The notes under the pieces are model-generated. The model made no database searches. It was not told where the DNA came from and saw only the letters and a program-made list of their open reading frames with translations. A DNA stretch of 54,339 bases from the NCBI GenBank assembly GCA_043821645.1, contig JBDRCO010000119.1:1-54339 (forward strand). The letters run 5' to 3'. Both the position numbers and the translations under genes were made by a program. Positions 30,507 to 40,202 of the stretch are shown in pieces (position 1 is the stretch's first letter; the number at the start of each line of letters is the position of its first letter). Origin of the DNA: Pseudomonadota bacterium (GTDB lineage: Bacteria; Myxococcota; JACRCW01; JAFGSX01).

Positions 30507-30947
30507 ATGCATCGCCTGCTGTCATCCCTGGTCGCCATCAGCTGCACCCTCGCCCTGGCCAGTGCCGCGCGCGCGCACTGTGAGGTGCCCTGCGGCATCT
30601 ACGACGACGATCTTCGCTACAAGTTGCTGCAGGAGCACGCCGGCACCATCGAGAAGTCCATGCAGCAGATCGTGGACCTGTCCAAGCAGAAGAACCCCAA
30701 CTACAACCAGATCGTGCGCTGGACCACCAACAAGGACGAGCACGCCGACGAGGTGCAGCACCTGGTGTCGCAGTACTTCATGACCCAGCGCATCAAGCCC
30801 GAGGACAAGAACTACGAGAAGAAGATCACGACCCTGCACCAGATGCTGATCGCGGCCATGAAGTGCAAGCAGACCACCGACGTCGAGAATGTGAAGAAGC
30901 TGCGCGAGCTCACCAAGAGCTTCGGCGATCTCTACTTCGCCAAGTAG
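30507..30947 (+). CDS. sodN: Nickel superoxide dismutase with Sec-type signal peptide
   Basis: Ni-hook HCEVPCGIYD immediately after AARA; NQIVRW..NKDEHA; KCKQ. Confidence 0.92.
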   Translation: MHRLLSSLVAISCTLALASAARAHCEVPCGIYDDDLRYKLLQEHAGTIEKSMQQIVDLSKQKNPNYNQIVRWTTNKDEHADEVQHLVSQYFMTQRIKPEDKNYEKKITTLHQMLIAAMKCKQTTDVENVKKLRELTKSFGDLYFAK

Positions 30948-31019
30948 TCCGATTCGATCCGGGGCCGAGGGGCTGTTTCGTCGACGACAGACGGTCAAAC
31001 ACCGCCTGCTGTCTGTGGG

Positions 31020-32981
31020 CTACCGGTGCACCGTGTACACGTGGTTGCCCAGGTACTTGGCCCAGTCATAGGTGTGCAGCACCACGCGCTGGCTGTAGCG
31101 TTCCCTGAACCCGCTGCCGTAGTCGTACATGGGTTCGTCGCTGCTGCCGCTGTAGATGGAGTCGCGCACGTAGAAGACGCCGCTGTCCCGGCAGCCTCCA
31201 TCGCTGGCCATGGCGGCGCGGATCTTGCGCGAGTAGCTGCCGGCTCCCTGCTGGTCAAAATAGTCCAGCGAGTCCTGCACCATGGGGCAGCTGCCCATGC
31301 GCACGCTGTCGTCGTAGCCGAGCACGATGACGGAGTGCCAGAACATGTAGTGGTTGTACACGACGATGACCGGCGCGTGCTTGGTGCGGAGTTCGAACTT
31401 GATGCGCTCGATGACGTCCTCGTCGATGATCCCGACATTCCATACGCTGTTGGCGTTGAGGTCGGGGTCCACGAACAGCAGGGTGCGATCGACTGCGGGG
31501 GTCGGCGTCAAGTTGTTGTGCCAGGCAAAGGGCAGATCGTCGAGCCAGTTGACCCGGCAGCTCGCGTAGGCATCCGGATCGCTGGCCGTGCTTCGGACGA
31601 AGTCCTCACCCTCGTCACGGATGTAGCCGATGGTAAATGGATAGTCGCGGCTGAGCAGCGAGCCGCCGAAGTGATTGAAGGTGTAGATCACATCGGTGAT
31701 CGTGTACGGCACCACGGATCTGGGCGCATACCCTTCAGCGTTCATGAGGAAACGCTCGCTCAGGTCGGTGTCGCCGAGGTAGTCGAAGGAACCCAGGGGC
31801 AGGTGCTGGTTCATCAGGAGCTCCATGGCACCGGTGTTGGCCATGAAGTTGCAGCTGCCTGCGTCGTGCTGGTTGGGAGAGGCCAGGGCGTAGGGCTCGA
31901 GCACGTTGACGGCGTCGCCGCCGTCCTTGAATCGAAAGGCGCCACCCAGGCTGCCGTCCGCGGAACGCAGGATGAGGCTGGCGGAGAAGGCGACGTCGGA
32001 GCCCAGACCCGGGGCGCGGCCACCAGGTCCCTTGCGGCCCACCGCGAGCTGGCACACCGTGGCGTCGGGGCCCTGGCAGAGCTCGATGCGCTCACCGCGA
32101 ACAGCACCCACGTCGACGCGCCGACCGAGCAGAGTGTAGGTCACGCGCTCGCCTTCCAGCGCCAGACGGCCCGCATCCTCGCGCCGTACCGGAAACACTT
32201 CGTGCTCCGTGCGCACGAGCAACTGCAGCGCACCGTCATCGAGCAGGCGATAGCCCAGGGCCCGGACTGCTCTCGGGGATGGTGCGGACCTGCGATCGTC
32301 ATCGAGCGTGGCTGCAGAAGCAGGCTGCGGTCGCTTCTTGTACACCTCGCAACCCTGGCTGCGCAGACCACCCAGCACGCCCCAGTCCGAGGCCGGGTTG
32401 TGCTCGGCACTGAGCCAGGTCAAGGCCTTGAGCTCGCCCAGCACGGATACGTCGGTGATGGCGTTGTGATCGAGGTTGAGCCAGCGCAGCCCCGTCAGGC
32501 GCGCCAGGGGGGCGATGTCGTCGATGACATTGAAGCCCAGACCGAGGCGCTCGAGCTGCTGCAAGCCGGCCAGGGGAGAGATGTCGATGATCGCGTTGTG
32601 CCCGAGCTGTAGCGAGCGCAGGGTGGTGGCCGTGGCGAGGTTCTCAACATCCTGGATGTCGTTTTCCCATGCCGAGAGGGCCGTGAGACCTCGCAGATGC
32701 TCCACCCCGTCGAGGTCGAGGATGCCCCGGTCCGGGCATTCAAGACGGTTCAGACCACGGGCGCCATCAACGGTGATCGCCCCCTCGGGCTGATCCAGGG
32801 CCTCGCGCACGCAGGCCTCCAGCTTGCCGTCGACGAAGACGATGTCCTGCCGGCACTGCTCGCTCTGCAGATCGCAGTACGCGTCGTCCGGGCAGCCCTC
32901 GTCGACACAGGTGTCGATGGGCTCGCCCGGGCACGCGAGCAACATGGCGAGGACCAGCAGCAACGGGGAGATACGGATCAT
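31020..32981 (-). CDS. Lipoprotein with internalin-type LRRs and C-terminal papain-like (C1) cysteine protease domain
   Basis: LLAC lipobox; LxxLxLxxNxIxDIxPL repeats; NQHDAGSC, DLSERF, WHSVIVLGYDD, FYVRDS. Confidence 0.82.
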   Translation of the reverse strand: MIRISPLLLVLAMLLACPGEPIDTCVDEGCPDDAYCDLQSEQCRQDIVFVDGKLEACVREALDQPEGAITVDGARGLNRLECPDRGILDLDGVEHLRGLTALSAWENDIQDVENLATATTLRSLQLGHNAIIDISPLAGLQQLERLGLGFNVIDDIAPLARLTGLRWLNLDHNAITDVSVLGELKALTWLSAEHNPASDWGVLGGLRSQGCEVYKKRPQPASAATLDDDRRSAPSPRAVRALGYRLLDDGALQLLVRTEHEVFPVRREDAGRLALEGERVTYTLLGRRVDVGAVRGERIELCQGPDATVCQLAVGRKGPGGRAPGLGSDVAFSASLILRSADGSLGGAFRFKDGGDAVNVLEPYALASPNQHDAGSCNFMANTGAMELLMNQHLPLGSFDYLGDTDLSERFLMNAEGYAPRSVVPYTITDVIYTFNHFGGSLLSRDYPFTIGYIRDEGEDFVRSTASDPDAYASCRVNWLDDLPFAWHNNLTPTPAVDRTLLFVDPDLNANSVWNVGIIDEDVIERIKFELRTKHAPVIVVYNHYMFWHSVIVLGYDDSVRMGSCPMVQDSLDYFDQQGAGSYSRKIRAAMASDGGCRDSGVFYVRDSIYSGSSDEPMYDYGSGFRERYSQRVVLHTYDWAKYLGNHVYTVHR

Positions 32982-33081
32982 GGCAGCCTCATGCGACGAT
33001 CAGGGCGTGGCACGGTCTCAAGGGCGCGCATTGTGGCAATCGAGCGCAGCCCTGTCCACGCTGGTCTGGCCGGCGCTGCGA

Positions 33082-34611
33082 TCAGCCAAGGTCCGGGATC
33101 AGGGGTGATCTATCCTTGCCGCAGAAGCGGGCTTTGCTCGGGTAGCGTGTCTTGCACACGGGGCAGATCATCCCACCGCTGATGGGGATGAACAGGGTGT
33201 GGCGGGCGTCTCTGTCCAGGGGCACCAGGGCGCTTCGGTCAAAGGGGCAGAAGGTTCCACTCTCGAACTCGAATTTACAGGTGGGACAGACCAGACCCTT
33301 GCCTTGCTCTGGCAAGGTGGCCTTGCCGGCCATCTCCGCCTCGTACACCTTGGAGTGCGGAGCATCGGCAGCCAGCGCCTCGGCCTCGCGGACGCTGCGA
33401 AGGCGCCGCCGGAACAGCAGGGCCACGACCCCGGACCCGACCACCAGGACCAGTCCCACCAGGCCCAGTACCCAGCCGAAGCCAGACCCCTGGTCCGCGG
33501 GTGATGCGTGCAGGCTGGTTGGCGTGCTCGCCTGCGACGAGGAGCGAACGCTGAGCTCGCCAACACGGATCGCACCCACCAGCTCGGCAGCGACCTCGCG
33601 CACGCGTGCGTTCGAGGAACGCTGAACCAGGGTCTCCAGATCCGGAGTGGCCTCGGGAACGGCAGGGGCCGCGTCCTGGGTGGCTCCCGCTTCCATTGTC
33701 GTCGTCGCCGGAGTGAGTCGAAGCAGCGCGCTGGCGCGCAGTCCCGGTGCCTCCGCAGTCAGGGCCACGGCCGCAGCCTCCTGCAGATCTCGGGACGCGA
33801 TCACGCATCCACGTCCGTCGACCATGGCCAGCTCTGCCGGGGCAACCTTGAACTGCACCGGGGGTGACGTCGCCGGGCAGCCTTCGAGGTCCTTGGCGCG
33901 AACCTCGAAGCAGCGCGTGGCGCCGGCCGTGATGTCGGCAGTGGCGGGATCAAACTCGAGGCTGCGCGGGGGGCCTGCACTGGCGCAGGCAGCGGCCCGC
34001 TCGGGCACGCGCTCCAGCTTCTCCTCGCGCCTGAACTTGAGCACGCAGCGCTGGGCGCGCTGAGCCTCGAGGCGGGTGCCCTGCTTCCAGCTCTCGCCGT
34101 CGGAGTACCACACCAGCTCCTGGCTGCGCACCTCGCCCAGTTGCTCCTCGTCGGGAGGATTCGGTGGCAGCTGCAGGCGGCTCCCCTCGGTCACGTAGAG
34201 CACGTGCTCCCCGTCGACCAGCTGGAAGGCGTGGCGCAGTTGCTCCTCGGCAAGGCCCTGGATCTCCGGTGCGGCGCACTCGGTGACCCGCACGCCATCC
34301 CGCGTGTCGTGATTCTGAGGCTTCGTGTGCTTGCTCTGGGCCTCGCACCCCGTCGATGAGATCACGCGACGCTTCGAAGCGAAGCGGAGTTCGCCCTCCT
34401 TCACGGTCAGCTCGAACTCGTCGGCCGAGACCTTCCAGTCATGACCCTTGGGCACTGGGCCACAGCTCGGAGCCCAGGGATCTGCCTGGATCTCGAGCTT
34501 GACCCTGTCCACGCGCCAGGGACCCGGGCGTGGCAGCTCCTCGGCACGCAGGGGAGCCACCAGCAGCGAGGCCGCCAGCAACCAGACCGGGGACATCGGG
34601 CGCAAGGTCAT
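33082..34611 (-). CDS. Single-pass membrane protein with periplasmic Ig-like region and cytoplasmic double zinc ribbon
   Basis: Signal peptide; TM WVLGLVGLVLVVGSGVVALLFRRR; CPTC..FCPFD and CPVC..FCGKD. Confidence 0.78.
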   Translation of the reverse strand: MTLRPMSPVWLLAASLLVAPLRAEELPRPGPWRVDRVKLEIQADPWAPSCGPVPKGHDWKVSADEFELTVKEGELRFASKRRVISSTGCEAQSKHTKPQNHDTRDGVRVTECAAPEIQGLAEEQLRHAFQLVDGEHVLYVTEGSRLQLPPNPPDEEQLGEVRSQELVWYSDGESWKQGTRLEAQRAQRCVLKFRREEKLERVPERAAACASAGPPRSLEFDPATADITAGATRCFEVRAKDLEGCPATSPPVQFKVAPAELAMVDGRGCVIASRDLQEAAAVALTAEAPGLRASALLRLTPATTTMEAGATQDAAPAVPEATPDLETLVQRSSNARVREVAAELVGAIRVGELSVRSSSQASTPTSLHASPADQGSGFGWVLGLVGLVLVVGSGVVALLFRRRLRSVREAEALAADAPHSKVYEAEMAGKATLPEQGKGLVCPTCKFEFESGTFCPFDRSALVPLDRDARHTLFIPISGGMICPVCKTRYPSKARFCGKDRSPLIPDLG

Positions 34612-35378
34612 GCCAGGTCCTCGAAGACGATCGCAGAGAGCTGCCGTCCAGTATGGCCGCGATCGCGCCGGTGCGAGTAGAAACGGAGCGCATCGCAGGA
34701 CACGCAGGGCCCCACCTGGTCGACCTGGGCGTCCTGCAGTCCAAGATTTCGCCAGCGGGCCCTGGCGTCGGCGGCGAGGTTGGCATACAGCGCGCCGTCG
34801 CGCTCGACGCGGGCCGAGGGATGCATGTCTCGCAGCACTTCGGGGCCCACCTGGTAGCAGCAGGGTCCGATGTGCGGGCCGATGGAGACCCGGAGCTCGG
34901 CTATCGTGGCTCCCGCGCGCAGCAGCTCCTTGACCGTCGTCTCGATGACGCCACCCACCAGTCCTCGCCAGCCTCCGTGCAGCGCCGCCAACAGGCGCGT
35001 CTCGATGGCGACCACCAGCATGGGTACACAGTCCGCGGTCTTGACGCCGACAGCCAGGCCACGATGCCCGGTGAACAGCGCGTCTGCCTCCTCGCTGCGA
35101 ACCCGGTCGAGATCGTCGGGGGAGGCCAGGATGGCGCGGGCCGAATGGACCTGCTGCACCGTCACCAGTCTTCCCCGGGTTACCCCGAGGGCGCCTGCGA
35201 TGCGGCCCAGGTTGTCCTCGACGCGTGCGGCCTCGTCACCCACGGCCGTGCCCGCATTGAGCGAGTTCCAGGGCGCTGGCGAGACCCCACCCAGGCGCGT
35301 GAAGAAGCCGTGGCGCAGGTGAGGGACCCCCTGTAGCAGCGCACTGCGAAGGAAGGCCGGTAGCTGCGGGTCGCTCAT
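34608..35378 (-). CDS. pgeF: Peptidoglycan editing factor PgeF (YfiH, laccase-domain)
   Basis: HGFFTRLGGVS, QVHSA, TADCVP, HGGWRG, IGPHIGPCCYQV, FYSHRR. Confidence 0.93.
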   Translation of the reverse strand: MSDPQLPAFLRSALLQGVPHLRHGFFTRLGGVSPAPWNSLNAGTAVGDEAARVEDNLGRIAGALGVTRGRLVTVQQVHSARAILASPDDLDRVRSEEADALFTGHRGLAVGVKTADCVPMLVVAIETRLLAALHGGWRGLVGGVIETTVKELLRAGATIAELRVSIGPHIGPCCYQVGPEVLRDMHPSARVERDGALYANLAADARARWRNLGLQDAQVDQVGPCVSCDALRFYSHRRDRGHTGRQLSAIVFEDLA

Positions 35379-37123
35379 GGGACGCGTCCCCCGCTGCGCC
35401 GGAACACGCCCAGCAGAGCCAGGGTTAGCAAGAAAACCGAACCCGCGATGAGGATCAGCGAGGGCAGGGACAGGCCCAGCAGCAGGGCGGGCTGCTCGAG
35501 GTCGAGAAAGGCGCCAACGGCGACCAGCAGGGCGGCGGCGAGGACCAGGGTCTGGCGGTCCCGGGCGCGGGTGTTGCGATCGACGGCGCGGGTCAATTCC
35601 GGAGCGTCGAGGCGCAAACTGGTGTCGCCCGCTTCGAGGGCGCGCAGGATGCGCTGGCCCGAGGTGATGGCCGTGCTGAGAAAGGTCGCGGCGCGGGAGG
35701 CTCCGATGAGGGCGTTGCGCTTGAGCCGTTCCACCGAGTAGCGTTCGCGGATCAGTTCCTCGACGAAGGGCCGTGCCAGCTCCACGGGATTGACGTCGGG
35801 TGCGATCTCCCGCGCCAGGCCCTCTGTGGTGAGCAGGGCCTTGAACAGCATGGTGTAGTCGGAGGGCATGCGGATGCGGAACTTGAGGGCGCCATCGACC
35901 AGCTCCCCGAAGAAGGCGCCGATCTCGATCTCGGAGATGGTGCGACCCACGAAGTGGCGCTCCATCACGTCGACCACCTCCGCCTCGAAGGCCGGGTAGT
36001 CCACGGGCCCCTGGGGAACACCGAGTTCAAAGAAGGTGCGAGCCACCTCTTGCAGGTCCTCGCGCAACAGCGCAGCCAGAACGTCGACGATGCGGTCGCG
36101 AGCGCTCCCGGTCAGGCGTCCAACCATGCCGAAGTCGACCAGCGCGATGCGGCCATCATCACCCACGAACACGTTCCCCGGGTGCAGGTCGCCGTGAAAG
36201 AAACCGTCGTGGAAGATCATCTTGTACGCGGCGTTCAGGTAGCGGCGGGCGATCAGGGATACGTCGACCTGGGTGTGGTCGATGGCCGTCAGCTTGGTGC
36301 CATGGACGCGCTCCATGGTGAGCACGGCCTCGGTGGTCAGGTCCGCGAAGACCCGGGGGATCAGGACCTCGGGCACCTGCTCGAAGTTCCGGCCGAAGCG
36401 CTCGATGGAAGCGGCCTCGACCAGAAAATCAGTCTCCCGCGCCAGGCTGCGCTCGAACTCGGTGAGCATCCCGCTCAGGTTCACCAGGCGCGCCTCGGGA
36501 GCCACGTCCTCGATCCGGCGCGCCATCATGTGCATGATGGACAGATCCGCCACGATGGTGCGCGTGATGTCCGGCCGTCGGACCTTGACGATGACGTCGT
36601 CACCCGCGTGGGTCCGTGCCGCGTGTACCTGGGCAATGGAGGCCGAGGCCAGGGGATCTTGCTCCAGGCTCTGAAACAGATCCTCCACTGTCCTGCCGAA
36701 CTCGCGCTCGATCTGTTTCGCGATCTGGGGGTAGGGCACCGTGCTGACATGGTCCTGCAGGCGGCGCAGTTTCAGGCACAGGGCCTCGGGGATGAGGTCC
36801 GGCCGGGTGCTCATGATCTGGCCGAACTTGACGAAGGTGGGGCCCAGTTCCTGCAGCACGTTGACCAGGCGCTCCTCGAAGTTGTCGTCGCGCACGTCGC
36901 CACTGGCGCCGGAGCGGAAACCAAGATTGAGCCGATCGAACAGTGCGCCGAAGCCATGGCGGGCCATCACCGTGGCGATCTCGCGCAGCCGGTTCATGTC
37001 CTTGAACCCGCTCTGCACGGCCCGGGTTCCCTGGTAAAGCGATCGCAGCACGGACACGCGGCACCTCCCGTCGCTGGTATACACCTCTCCCGCCCCCTCG
37101 TCAGCGGTGGGTGACGGAGTCAC
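35375..37123 (-). CDS. ABC1/AarF/UbiB-family atypical kinase
   Basis: ELGPTFVKFGQIMSTRPD, LASASIAQVH, VKVRRP, FFHGDLHPGN, DFGMVG; C-terminal TMs. Confidence 0.92.
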   Translation of the reverse strand: MTPSPTADEGAGEVYTSDGRCRVSVLRSLYQGTRAVQSGFKDMNRLREIATVMARHGFGALFDRLNLGFRSGASGDVRDDNFEERLVNVLQELGPTFVKFGQIMSTRPDLIPEALCLKLRRLQDHVSTVPYPQIAKQIEREFGRTVEDLFQSLEQDPLASASIAQVHAARTHAGDDVIVKVRRPDITRTIVADLSIMHMMARRIEDVAPEARLVNLSGMLTEFERSLARETDFLVEAASIERFGRNFEQVPEVLIPRVFADLTTEAVLTMERVHGTKLTAIDHTQVDVSLIARRYLNAAYKMIFHDGFFHGDLHPGNVFVGDDGRIALVDFGMVGRLTGSARDRIVDVLAALLREDLQEVARTFFELGVPQGPVDYPAFEAEVVDVMERHFVGRTISEIEIGAFFGELVDGALKFRIRMPSDYTMLFKALLTTEGLAREIAPDVNPVELARPFVEELIRERYSVERLKRNALIGASRAATFLSTAITSGQRILRALEAGDTSLRLDAPELTRAVDRNTRARDRQTLVLAAALLVAVGAFLDLEQPALLLGLSLPSLILIAGSVFLLTLALLGVFRRSGGRVP

Positions 37124-38835
37124 TCGATGGAGATCCCGGCGCGGATCTCACGACGTGGCAGGGGAGCCTCGTCGGGTGTTGCGGAACGCTGCTGCATGGC
37201 CGCGAGCACCACATCGAGGCGGCCGAACAGCCGCTGTCGCACGCCGACATGAACCCCGGCGTCGGGCATCCGTCCCGGCGGGGCCCCCGCTGCCAGCCCG
37301 AGATCCGAGCTGGCAAACAGGTGACTGCCCAGGCTCCGGATGTCCCAGCTTGCGGCCAGGCGGAACTGGTGGGTCATGCGCTCGTCCAGGGCGCGCTCGC
37401 GCCATTCGTCCCGGGCATTCCACATCCACTGGTAGCCCAGCCACAGCGCCAGGCCGCCGGGCAGGCTCAGGGCCTGGGCATCGAGGTAGATTCCCTGCAG
37501 GCTCTCGAGGCCACCGTTTCGCGTCGCCCCGCTGCCGTCGTCCGCCGGCACCAGCAGGTCGCGCAGCTCCAGGCTGAACAGACCCAGGTGCGCAGCCAGG
37601 TCCCACGAGGGCTCCACGCCAAGGGAGACATCGAGTCCCTGGGCCTGCTCTGGCCTCAGCGCCGTCGGGGCGAGGTCCGGCCACAGGAATGAACGCGCGG
37701 GGCGTTCCGCACGCTCGCTCAGACCTGGAGCGCGGGTCGCGGTGCCGATGCGGCCCCTGAGCACCAGAGCCTGCGCAGGCGAGTAGCGCAGCACCGCGTG
37801 GCCTGCGGGCAGGGCACCCACGGCGTCGTCGAGATCCACGCTCAGCACGCCCTCCACGTCCAGGTTGGCGCGGATCGTCCAGTGATCACGGACCCAGGCA
37901 CCAAACACGGCGCGTTGCACAAACACGGTGCTCAGCGATGGCCGGGCCTGTGTGCGATCGGCCACGCGCCCTCCCGCGTGAGCCTCCAGCGCGTGATGCT
38001 CGACCAGTTCACCCTCATAGGCCACGTCGAAGCCCGTCTCTCCCGTGCGCAGCACCAGGTCGTCGTCACCGCGGTGCTGCTCGAACAGATTCTGCCGGGT
38101 CCAGCGAAAGCGCAGCAGATGCTGTGGCGCCAGCTGCATGGTGCTGTGCAGGGAAAACAGCTGGCGAGAGATGGCGCGATGGCCGTCCTGCCAGCTTGTC
38201 TGCAGCACATGGAGACCGGCCGAACCCTGCTGGCCAAGGGAGATGTCCGCGCGCCCGAGGATTCCTCCCGCCGAGGGATCGGCCGAGGATCCATCCACGA
38301 AACCCGCGACGAGCGTGTGCCAGCTCCTCGACCGCGTGGCGAGCTGCATGCTTCCTCGACCAGCCAGGACCCCACCGCCCCGCAGCTCCGAGCAGATGCG
38401 CCCACCAAAGGGAAGCACGGTCTCGGGGGCGTCGAGGTCGATGATACCGGCCAGGGCATCGGGCGCTCCGGCCTGGGGACCACGCGCCAGGTGCAGCGTC
38501 GGCGCCAGACACTGAGGCACGGGCAGCGAACGCAGGTTGTCCTCGGCATTCTCGGCCCGGAGCAAGGGAATGCCATCCCAGCGCACCAGCCAGCGCTGGA
38601 GATTCACGCCGTCGAGCCACAGCGTGTCTCCTGTTCGGTCGAGGGCTGGCATGGCCGCGAGAGCGTCTTGCAGATCTCTGGCACCGCGGTCGCGGGTCTC
38701 GCTCGCTGCCAGCTCGCGGGGCAGAGCCGTCGCGTCCCCGGAGGAATCCGGCGGGGAGACATCCGCCGCGGCCAGCCCGCCCAGCAGCATCACGCTTGCG
38801 GTGCACAGGCGGGATGTGGGTCGCGAGGCTCTCAA
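37120..38835 (-). CDS. Divergent, short TonB-dependent-receptor-like outer-membrane protein
   Basis: Signal peptide; plug-like DLQDALAAMP...RGPQA...ALAGII; barrel-like RAPGLSE, LRPEQA and terminal REIRAGISIE. Confidence 0.65.
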   Translation of the reverse strand: MRASRPTSRLCTASVMLLGGLAAADVSPPDSSGDATALPRELAASETRDRGARDLQDALAAMPALDRTGDTLWLDGVNLQRWLVRWDGIPLLRAENAEDNLRSLPVPQCLAPTLHLARGPQAGAPDALAGIIDLDAPETVLPFGGRICSELRGGGVLAGRGSMQLATRSRSWHTLVAGFVDGSSADPSAGGILGRADISLGQQGSAGLHVLQTSWQDGHRAISRQLFSLHSTMQLAPQHLLRFRWTRQNLFEQHRGDDDLVLRTGETGFDVAYEGELVEHHALEAHAGGRVADRTQARPSLSTVFVQRAVFGAWVRDHWTIRANLDVEGVLSVDLDDAVGALPAGHAVLRYSPAQALVLRGRIGTATRAPGLSERAERPARSFLWPDLAPTALRPEQAQGLDVSLGVEPSWDLAAHLGLFSLELRDLLVPADDGSGATRNGGLESLQGIYLDAQALSLPGGLALWLGYQWMWNARDEWRERALDERMTHQFRLAASWDIRSLGSHLFASSDLGLAAGAPPGRMPDAGVHVGVRQRLFGRLDVVLAAMQQRSATPDEAPLPRREIRAGISIE

Positions 38836-39773
38836 GGTTCACCTCGCAGCCGCGCGATCAGTTCCTCCAGATCCGTGGGCAGTGCGGCCTCGAAGTGAAG
38901 CCTCTGCCCCGTGCGTGGATGGGTGATCTCCAGCTGCCAGGCATGCAGTGCGGGTCGACCGAACGCGGGATCCTTGCGTCGTCGTCCATAGGCCTCGTCG
39001 CCCACCAGAGGGTGACCGCGGTCCGCGAGCTGCACGCGCACCTGGTGCGTGCGACCCGTGTGCAGGGCGACCACGAGCAAGGAACAGCTCCCCAGCCGCT
39101 CACGGCAGGTGAACTCGAGCACGGCCCGCCTGCTCGCCCCTAGCACGCGGCTCGAGAAGCGTTTGCGATCGCGGGGGTGCCGGCCATAGGGCGTGTCGAC
39201 GCGACCGCCTGCACCGGGATCCCCGTGCACCACGGCCAGGTAGCGCTTGCTCACACTGCGGTCCTGGAACTGCCGCTGCAGGTGCGCCAGGGCCTCGTCG
39301 TGGCGCGCCACCACGAGCAGGCCACTGGTGCCTTTGTCCAGGCGGTGCACGATGCCAGGTCGCTCTTCGCCACCCACCGAGAACTGCGCGCCGTAGCGGC
39401 CGAGCAAGGCGTTGACCAGCGTGCCTCCATCGTGACCGGGGGCGGGATGCACGACCATGCCTGGCGCCTTGTCGACGACGATGATGTCTGCATCCTCGTG
39501 CAGTACCACCAGCGCGATGTCCTCTCCCCGGGGGCGCGCTGGCCGCAAGGCCGGTATCTCGACGTGGATCTGCTGACCCGCGGTGACGCGACGCGAGGCG
39601 CGTGCCAGCGTGCCCTCGATCCGCACCTGTCCGGCCTCGATCAGTGCTTGCACCCGGGCGCGACTCAGTCCCTGGGCGCGCTCTGCCAGGAAACGATCGA
39701 GACGAGCCCCGTTTCCGTCAGCGTCGACCACGAATTGCAGCAGTGTGGGAGTGCTGGGAGCGGGGCCGGTCAT
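38832..39773 (-). CDS. rluD: RluA-family 23S rRNA pseudouridine synthase (RluD-like)
   Basis: S4 domain RLDRFLA; GMVVHP; IVHRLDKGTSG; TGRTHQVRV; ALHAW.L. Confidence 0.92.
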   Translation of the reverse strand: MTGPAPSTPTLLQFVVDADGNGARLDRFLAERAQGLSRARVQALIEAGQVRIEGTLARASRRVTAGQQIHVEIPALRPARPRGEDIALVVLHEDADIIVVDKAPGMVVHPAPGHDGGTLVNALLGRYGAQFSVGGEERPGIVHRLDKGTSGLLVVARHDEALAHLQRQFQDRSVSKRYLAVVHGDPGAGGRVDTPYGRHPRDRKRFSSRVLGASRRAVLEFTCRERLGSCSLLVVALHTGRTHQVRVQLADRGHPLVGDEAYGRRRKDPAFGRPALHAWQLEITHPRTGQRLHFEAALPTDLEELIARLRGEP

Positions 39774-39840
39774 GGTGGGGTCCGCTCCGGGTGCGCCGCC
39801 GCCGGGGTCCCGGGCTCCCCTGCAAGCGACGGACCGCGAC

Positions 39841-40107
39841 TCACCAGATGCGGGACTTGATGTGGCCCTTGGCCCGCAGGATGACGTCGACCAGGGCGCG
39901 GTCGAAGAAATTCGAACGCTTGGCCAGCTCCGGGGACACGCGGCTCAGGTAGAGCTCACGGCCCTCGGCGATCTCGGCCTCGATGTTGTGGAACAGGGTG
40001 TCGTTGACGATGCCCTCGGTGATCTTCTCCTCGTTGTAGAGCGAGATGTCCGAGGCGATGGCGCGCGCCAGCCGGGTCGCGAGTTCGGGGGTCTCGATGG
40101 TCGCCAT
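39841..40107 (-). CDS. Small conserved-looking hypothetical protein
   Basis: GAGGAG RBS; RLARAIASDISLYN...EGRELY..RV, a pattern I recognise from deltaproteobacterial small proteins. Confidence 0.8.
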   Translation of the reverse strand: MATIETPELATRLARAIASDISLYNEEKITEGIVNDTLFHNIEAEIAEGRELYLSRVSPELAKRSNFFDRALVDVILRAKGHIKSRIW

Positions 40108-40202
40108 GTGCTCCTCGCTGCGGTGACCTGGATCCTGGACCCGGCGCCGCGACAGGCCAGATGGTAAAGAGGGTGCCGCAGGCTGTCAACGCGTCGTCGC
40201 CA

